The translations under genes and the position numbers were made by a program. A stretch of DNA of 64,000 bases from NCBI RefSeq assembly GCF_009914755.1, contig NC_060936.1. The stretch is one strand, 5' to 3'. Position 1 is the stretch's first letter. Each line of letters opens with the position of its first letter. Below, piece by piece: positions 56,780 through 64,000 of this stretch. The notes under the pieces were generated by a model. It was not told where the DNA came from. It saw only the letters and a list, made by a program, of their open reading frames with translations, and ran no database searches. This stretch comes from the human T2T-CHM13v2.0 reference genome, Homo sapiens.

Positions 56780-57630
56780 TCTTCCTGTCTTCCTGTGGGC
56801 CCCTCGCTCCCCACTTCTGCCAGCAGCCTCCCCTTCTGCCAGAAAGAGTGACTCCCACCTCAACAGCCTGGAAGCACTCCAACTACCGTACTTTTCTTCG
56901 AATAAAAGCAGCTAATTAACATTATTCTTTAATTATTGCCTTTATCAACAAGGGGTCTGATTTCTACCAGCAGGATAGTTGCTTTCCCTTAAACTACCCA
57001 AGTGAATGCTTCAGTTCCTGGTGCTTTTGAAATGAATTTGATGTCATCTGCCCAGAGTCACTTAATGGGGACGCCTGGGTAATGACTGAACGCGCTAACT
57101 CCGTTAGCAGCCCTGGAAGCATGTAATTTGGCCCCTCAGGCAACAGCACTTTTGAAATCTCTGGATAGTTTTGAACTCTCTGTTCTTAATTAAATATGCA
57201 ATTTTTCACGGTAACCAGGTTAATTCTTTTGTGTTGTGTTGTAATACTGTTAGGAATTTTCATAGTTCTTATTAAACATTATTCAGGCATTGTGAATTCC
57301 ATAATTAAAAAAAATGAAAAGAACAAAGCTTGATTCACTCCTTTCTTTTCCCTGGCTAATTTATCAAATGAATTTTGCAAATTTTTCTTTCTGTCCCCAG
57401 ACAGTGTGGCAAGTGTTTTAAAGGGGAAGGATTTAATTGCCCTGTAGGGATTGGCTGGTTATGAAGGATTTGGCTGTTTGATTAGTAAACCCAGTTGGGA
57501 ATGGTCTAATGCTCCATGATCTTAAAAATTGTCTGATTGTACCCTCTCCAAGGAGGCCTCTCTCTTCGTTATGTAGAGCATCAACTTCACACAAGTGTGA
57601 TTATTAGGTAGTGAGGAAAGGGAAGAGAGA
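56780..57630. promoter_or_regulatory. Homeodomain-site-rich intronic enhancer (probably the forebrain/cortical-hem element VISTA hs611)
   Basis: Repeat-free AT-rich block with TAATTA at 56913, 56930 and 57302, TTAATTAA 57186-57193, TAATTG 57434. Its position ~23.5 kb after the ATG matches my unverified recollection of hs611. Confidence 0.7.
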
Positions 57631-57714
57631 AAGATCTGACTTTACTTTAAATTGGGGATCTTGGGAGATTTTTACCTCCATTTCCCTGGCTGGGGAGGAA
57701 GGGAGAACACTGAA

Positions 57715-57722
57715 GAGACACA

Positions 57723-57781
<59 letters not shown>

Positions 57782-57783
57782 GG
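57715..57783 (+). repeat. (GA)n/(GACA)n simple repeat
   Basis: Read directly from sequence. Confidence 0.9.
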
Positions 57784-57877
57784 AGCAATTCTCTCATCTC
57801 AGATACAGGAGAAGCTGGAGGGTGGCTGAAAGGGTGGGGCCCAAGGAGACGTTTTAGTGCACCCTTGCAGATAGTGG

Positions 57878-58383
57878 TGTTACAGGAAGGGGGTCCCGAG
57901 CGAGACCCCAAGATCTCACGCAAGAAAGAATTCAGGGAGAGACCGCAGTGCAAAGTAAAAGCAAGTTTATTAAGAAAGTAAAATGGTGAAAGAACAGCTA
58001 CTCCATAGACAGAGTAGGACATTCCTGAAAATAAGAGGAGGAACACATCCACCCTAGGTACAATACTCATATATATGGGGAGATATGCTCTGTGACAAGG
58101 GTTTGTGATAAAGGATTAATTTTCTTAATTACTATATTTTGCAATAATCAATATTGTTATCTTTAAAGCAAAATTAGGAATCCCTTTGTTCTCCAAATAT
58201 TGGGATATCTGGACACTCCCAAGTCTGGGTGTGTTTAGTAAACATTATTAATTTGTTCCCTTAACCGTAAACATCTAGAGGCTCGGAATGCTGAACTTTC
58301 TGAGGATGCAGCCCAGCAGGTACCAGCCTCATTTTCCAGCCCTCACTCAAAATGGAGTCGCTCTGGTTCAAATGTCTCTGACA
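57878..58383 (-). mobile_element. MER41-family ERV1 solo LTR
   Basis: Reverse strand starts TGTCAGAGACATTTGAACCAGAGCGACTCCATTTTG; TG...CA ends; 4-bp TSD GTGG at 57874-57877 and 58384-58387. Confidence 0.88.
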
Positions 58384-59259
58384 GTGGCACCTGCCACACT
58401 GGTCAGCTGGAGGGGGCCCCTCTTTGCAGGGCTTCTCGGGGAGGTGGGAGGGGAGGAGGGCTACATTTCCATTCTGGAATTGGGCCCAGTCTCTGAAAAA
58501 ATGTGCAGACTCCACACGGAGCAAACTGGGTAGAAATAACCATATCGCCCAAATGTTCTTGATAAGGCTAGGTGCCCCTGGCCCCAGCGAGGGGCTTCTT
58601 GGCAGAGATAGCCAGGCCAACTCCCAGTGAGGGGAGCAGGACTACTGCCTGATTCCTGGACCATTTTGTTTTCTATGAGGGCCCCATTGATGCCTCAGTT
58701 TCCCTCACCTTCCAAATGGGGCACGTGACTCTTCTGACTTTCCTAGGTCCCCCCACCCAGGGTCAGCTTTCTGTATCCTAGAGGTGGGGAGGTGGGAGAT
58801 GAAGTGGGGGCAGGGTGGCAGGAGCCAGATCACCTTGAGGGCTATGGTGAGGAGGTGGGATTGTTTTCTAAAGATAGAGCCCCTTAGATATAGGAGGAGG
58901 GGAGGGTGATGTGGAAGGGGTGCTACCAAGGAGAAGGTGGTCGTGGGGGGTCCTCAGTCCTGGCTGGGATGCCGAGGGTGGGGGCAGTGAGGGAGGTGTT
59001 GGGGAGAGCATGGGCCCCTTTCTCCCCAGCTTACCCCTACCAGACTTAAGCCTGACTTCTGGGGAAGCCCCCTTCCCTGCCCCCGACCTTGGGATCCTGA
59101 CTCACATGGTCTTTCCAGCAGGTCCAGGGCTCCATTTAGAATCACTCCCGGGAAATCATGGCAGGGAGGTGGCAGTGACTTCTGTTAGGTCTTGTGGCAG
59201 TGTCCTTTGTTGATTCTCTTGGTTAAAACCAAGAGTTTTGGACCCTGAACTCTGCTGTG

Positions 59260-59790
59260 AGAGATCTTTATTGAAACCGAATCATGACCCCACACCCTCT
59301 CCCCAACTGAAAAGCTTTCAGTGGCTCCCTATTGTTTATGGGACAAAGTCCAAACTTCTACCTTATGAGGCTGGTCGTGAGCACCTCCCCTCACCCTCAT
59401 CCAATCCCACCATGTCATCTCTTATAAACTTCCTCGTCCCCAAATCCCCCAGCCAGGGTTAAATTATTACCCAGCCCTCAAATGCCTTACGCTGTCTTAC
59501 ATCCAGACTTGGCATATCCTGGTCTCCCTGCCTGGAACTCCCTTTTTAAAATCACCGTACAAACAGACACACTTCTCTCATCTTTCGTGTCTGATCTGGG
59601 AGGCTCTCCTGAACCTCCTGGCTGGATTAGGGGGCTCCCCCATAATAATGCACATCATAATTGATTGGAGTTCCTTGGCTAGTCTTTTTAAGACCCATGA
59701 GGGCAGCATTTGTATCTGTCTTCTTGACTCTTGTCACAAGCACAGAGTTTGGCACATATTAGAGGCTCAATAAATGCCCATGGATGGGCC
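59260..59790 (+). mobile_element. L2 fragment
   Basis: tttcagtggctccctattg ... ggcacatattagaggctcaataaatg. Confidence 0.7.
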
Positions 59791-60363
59791 AGAGTTTTGG
59801 GAAGCAGGGATCTCACTCCTGAACTTGCTGGAACCCAGTAGGAAGCAGGGGTTCTATCTGGTTTGCGGATACTGAGACGAGCAAATTCCCTTTCCCTCAG
59901 GCCCAGCCCGGCCCAGCCTGTAGCTCTGGAAGGTTCTGTTGGAGCTGACAGCCTCTGGGAAGTGAGGACTAGACAAAGTCCCTTCTCTAAGGGCCAAGGA
60001 AAAAGTTAGGCCATGGTGGTCACCCTCGGGAAGCAGAAACGGAAGCCTTAGCCCCCTCTTCCTTCTACCCTCTTGTCAGCTTCATCCTCTGGAAGGCCAA
60101 GTGCCAGGGACAAAGATGAAGGGATGTGACACAGTTATCGTCCCTCCAGGAGGGGCGTGAGGCCTTCAGAAAGGAAGCAGTGACACCTGCCACCTCCCAG
60201 CCTTGGGATGCCAGGACCTCCAGCTGGCCCTGCTGCCCCCTCCCCCGCTTCCTTGGGGCTGTTCATGGGAGGCTTCCCCTCATGGCTGTGGCCCTGCAGA
60301 GGCCAGCCGCTGATCAGTGAGTCTCTGCAGGCCCAAGCTGTCCCCAGATGTGTGCATGCATAT

Positions 60364-60364
<1 letters not shown>

Positions 60365-60404
<40 letters not shown>
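60365..60404 (+). repeat. (CA)20 microsatellite
   Basis: Read directly from sequence. Confidence 0.97.
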
Positions 60405-60405
<1 letters not shown>

Positions 60406-61689
60406 CAAGGAGGATGCCTGGCTTTCTGAGCTACAACCCAGGACCCATGCACACCACAGTCCATGGCATCCTTTGCTCTCCTTTCTTCCTATTTTTATTC
60501 CTGTTTGAGTCACTATGGGACAATGAGGAGAGCCACTGAGGAAAGCTTTTCGGGATGGGGGAGGAGGAGGGAAGCATGGGCTGTAGAAGGGTTTTCGGGG
60601 AATCCCACGACTGCAAGTGAAAGAAGGGCTTTTTAAAAGTAATTTTGCATTATGGAAGACAAAGTCGCCCCATTATCGGAGGGCTTTACAAATAGAGAAA
60701 AGAGGAAGAAGGAGACTGGAAGAACACCCTTTGGCATGGTGTGTGTTTCTGTCTACACCCTCGTCCTGCTTTGCCCGCCTAAGTACATCCAACTCTACAT
60801 CACGGTCTTTCCACTTATACCCACATTAGCATTCTCCACGTCATTTTGCTGTCTTTCGGACAAGCGTTTTACCTGCCCGATGTTCTGTGAAGTGAGTGGG
60901 TCACTCTCCCCTCAGCCTGGCCCTGGCCCTGGGTATCTCTGGGTTTTTTGTCGTTTTCTTTTTTCTGCTGTGATGGAAACACTGTGCTTCCAGTTTTATG
61001 TACTTGGCCTTGTTCTCAGCAGGCAGGGATGTGGGGGGCGCCTCGTGGCCAAACACCAGGCTTTAGAGTCAGGCACAGTCAAGTTCAAATTCTGCCCCTG
61101 CCAATAAGACTTCAGCGCGTGCACTCCATCTGTGCCTCAGCTTCCTCGCCTGTGAAATAGGTCGCCTCGCAGCCTCACTCACAGGGAGTGTCGGCAGGGT
61201 TAGATGAGTGAATTTGCCTGAAGCATGTAACCCAGGACTGTTCTAGCACGGAGTAAGTGCCCAATCCATGTTAGCACTTCTGCTATAGCCGCCGGCGGGT
61301 CTGCCATGCTTAGTGTATACTGGGTGCTCACTTAATCCTTGCGGAATGAATGTGGGTGGCACCTTCCCATGTAGGTACTTTTCTGCCTGTGTGGCATGCA
61401 CGTTTCTGTTGGGGACACCTTGTGTAGAGATAGATGTGTATCATACACTCACACACGCTCTCTCATCTACACCAAAGGGAGTGCACAGGGCTGTCCTCCT
61501 GGTTGAGGGTCCACGAGCATTTTATTGTGATTAAATATTTATCCGGGGCTTGTACTATGAACATTGCATTTTATGGCAGATAAAATGATGTCATGTAAAA
61601 AAAGGCTTGAAAAGCTGTGTGGCCCCATTCACAGAAAAGGCAGCTGTCACTAGGGAAGCAGAGCTGGGAGACGGCTCGAGCGAGGGGAG

Positions 61690-62260
61690 TCATCCATTCA
61701 ACAAGTATTTATCTCAGCACCTACTGTGGGCCTGGGCCCAGGCCACGTGCCGGAGATGCCCTGGTGATGAAAACAGACATGCTCTCTGCTCTCGAGGTGC
61801 TTTGGTCTCTGTGGTGTTTAGAAATCAAATCCCTGAAGAGACCCACATTAATCAAATAATCACATATTTGAAGTTGCAAGCCCAGCTAAGGGCTGCAGAG
61901 GAAATGAGCTAGGAATGATGAGACCATATTACAGGGACCAGCTTTAGTCTGGAAGTCAGGGAAGGACTCCTGAGTTAGCCCAGTGAGGAGGCGCATGGTA
62001 GTCCAGTTAGAGGGTAGGAGCGAGATGTGCGAAGGCCCTGGGGTGGGAGACCATACCTCTGGCTCCAGCAAGTGAAAGGTGGGCAGTGTGGCTGGAGTGC
62101 AGGGTGAAGGGCAGATAGGCAGGATGTGTCTGAGAAGCAGGGGACAGGGCAGGGTCCCATGAGGCTTGTAGGCCCTGCTGAGGTCGTTATCATGAATGGG
62201 AGGGGACGAAAGAGGAGGAGGATTGAAGGGGTTTGAGGACAGAGAGCCTGGGCTGGGAGA
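61690..62260 (-). mobile_element. L2 fragment
   Basis: cattcaacaagtatttatctcagcacctactgtg ... tgtgcgaaggccctggggtggga. Confidence 0.75.
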
Positions 62261-63409
62261 CCTGGCCAGACAAGGAGGCTTAGCTGTTGCCTCCACCATC
62301 CTCTGGCCCAAGTCTGTATGTCTGGCCTCCCTGGGCATCCAGAAAGTTCCCCAGTCTCCCAAGGTTGGCACAAGAATAAAGCAATTTCCCTGGGCAGATG
62401 AGGAGGGGGTTGAGGGTGGTCCTCACCACATTCAAATACAGGCTTCTTTTCTGCCATGTATTATTTACCTAGGGGCTTGTGAAAAAGAGAAGGATCCAAA
62501 AAAAACAACAGCAAGCAAACACCCCCTCCCCCCACCACCCTGCAGTCCAACATTGCTCCAGGCGTGCAGCCTGAGGGAATGAGTATTTTTTTTCCTCCAG
62601 TATCTGTACGTGTGTGAGCATGTGAGACGCTGTGCTAGAGCTCCAGGTCCCAACCAGCATAGGTGGCTCTGGGGCCTTTGGGACATCGCGAGGCGGCACC
62701 ATCGCCTCCCACAGCCCCGGCAAAGGTTGGCCTCATGGGGCCTGCACTTTGAGATACGGTGGGCTTCCGTTTTAGATCAGTCTGGTGCTCCAGTAACTCC
62801 AGCAGGGCCTGCCTTGGGGGCTGGGGGTTCTCAGGCAGGCTGGCTCCTGGAAGGGTAAAATTCCCAGAGGAAGGGAGGTAGCGAGTCCGGGGGATTTGGC
62901 GGCCGCCCCTGCATAGCATTATTCTGTGCCTCACACATTCTTATTAGCATCGTAATCGCTCCAAAATACTGATTCATTATTGCACTCCGAGCTGCAGACG
63001 GAGGCAATGGGGTTTAATAGTTCCATATGAGCCATTCTGGGCTGTTGAGTAAATATTGCTCATTGTGAAAAATTGGGTAAATGTGTGTTTACGCTGTCGA
63101 GGAGCGAGGCACCAGCCAAGTAGGTAGCTGGTGTCTGGACATGCACCCGGCAAGGTGGTGGGGACAGGGGAATGAATGTTCTCTGGGAAATATTTGCTTC
63201 CTGTCTGGCTGGCCTTGGAAATGTTCTTTGGACATGGACGTTGGGATCAAGAAAGGGGCTTTACCTCAAAATCAAGGTAGAAGGAGCCTTGTGTTTCTTG
63301 TGCGTGTGCAAATGGCTTAGGAGTGGGCAGGAAAGACCCTGGGCCTTCCAAGCTTGTAGAGACAAATGATTGGATTCAGAATCAGAGAGCTGGTTACCAC
63401 CAGCAGCAG

Positions 63410-63650
63410 GAGGCGATGTGGCAGGTGAGAAGTGTGCAGGTGAGAGGGTTTGACTCTGGGTTCCCTGTTCAACCACCTGCTAATTGTGGGATTTCAGGCA
63501 AGTTACCTGACCCCTCTGTGGCCTCAGTTTTCTCATCTATAAAATGGGGATAAAATAACTTCCTCGTAGGGCTATCATGGGATTTAAACATACGCTTATA
63601 ACATTCAAGTGGTGTCAGTTGGCATCATGCACAAGAAATGTTCACCATTA
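63410..63650 (+). mobile_element. MIR
   Basis: ggcaagttacctgacccctctgtggcctcagttttctcatctataaaatggggata. Confidence 0.82.
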
Positions 63651-63704
63651 ATATGATTCTGGTCTAGCATGGAGAGAAGGCCTGGATTTGAGTCTGGCTA
63701 TCTC

Positions 63705-63846
63705 AGGGCTTTGATTTTGAGAATCTGATGAAAGCTATGGATCTTCTTTTTAGAAATATGATGGAGACTTAGCATTTTGCATGTAGTTTCAGGGAGTTGC
63801 AAGATTCCCCCAAATCTAGCCATGTACCCCAAGTTAAGAGCTCCTA
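63705..63846. mobile_element. MER103-like hAT-Charlie fragment
   Basis: tttgagaatctgatgaaagctatgga ... ttttgcatgtagtttcaggga ... ccaagttaagag. Confidence 0.6.
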
Positions 63847-64000
63847 CTTTTATCATGCACCTTGCTCTGGGGTGGAAGTGAGGCATAGAATTTGGAACTG
63901 CCTAGAAGTGGGTTTCAACCCAAGGCCTGGGTTTTATCCTGGCTCTGCCTCATATTTGCTGTGAAATTGGGCAAGTGAATGACCCATCTCTGAGCCTCAG

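Noticed and set aside
60652-61107. 151-aa ATG ORF with a donor-like GTGAGT near 60892
   Set aside because: No similarity to CUX2 or a known domain, no clear acceptor, and it ends within a MIR.

Overview
Human (primate) genomic DNA covering the 5' end of CUX2 (cut-like homeobox 2) on the + strand. The only supportable coding sequence is the 63-nt coding part of exon 1 (33363-33425, [21 protein letters not shown], followed by a CAG|GTTAGT donor), inside a ~2.6-kb CpG island. Positions 1-29000 are repeat-dense intergenic DNA (Alu, MIR, L1M, MaLR/ERVL/ERV1 LTRs, Tigger/Charlie). Positions 33426-64000 are the start of the long intron 1, and no exon 2 is visible. All other ORFs in the track look like by-products of Alus, simple repeats or GC-rich DNA. 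I see no new protein-coding system. The best leads are regulatory or structural: (i) a two-variant ~30-bp ETS/MEIS-motif minisatellite beside a TAATTA-rich intronic enhancer block that I recall as the forebrain enhancer hs611; (ii) a ~700-bp composite insertion that splits an L1 3' end, is an inverted copy of nearby DNA, and carries a THE1 fragment starting exactly at a cryptic splice acceptor; (iii) clustered CUT-type ATYGAT sites around CUX2 exon 1 (possible autoregulation); (iv) a candidate alternative or cassette exon at 34184-34279; (v) a GGC repeat inside an overlapping upstream ORF; (vi) a degenerate 20-bp array I cannot identify. Repeat subfamily names come from remembered consensus sequences, and repeat boundaries are approximate unless a TSD is given.
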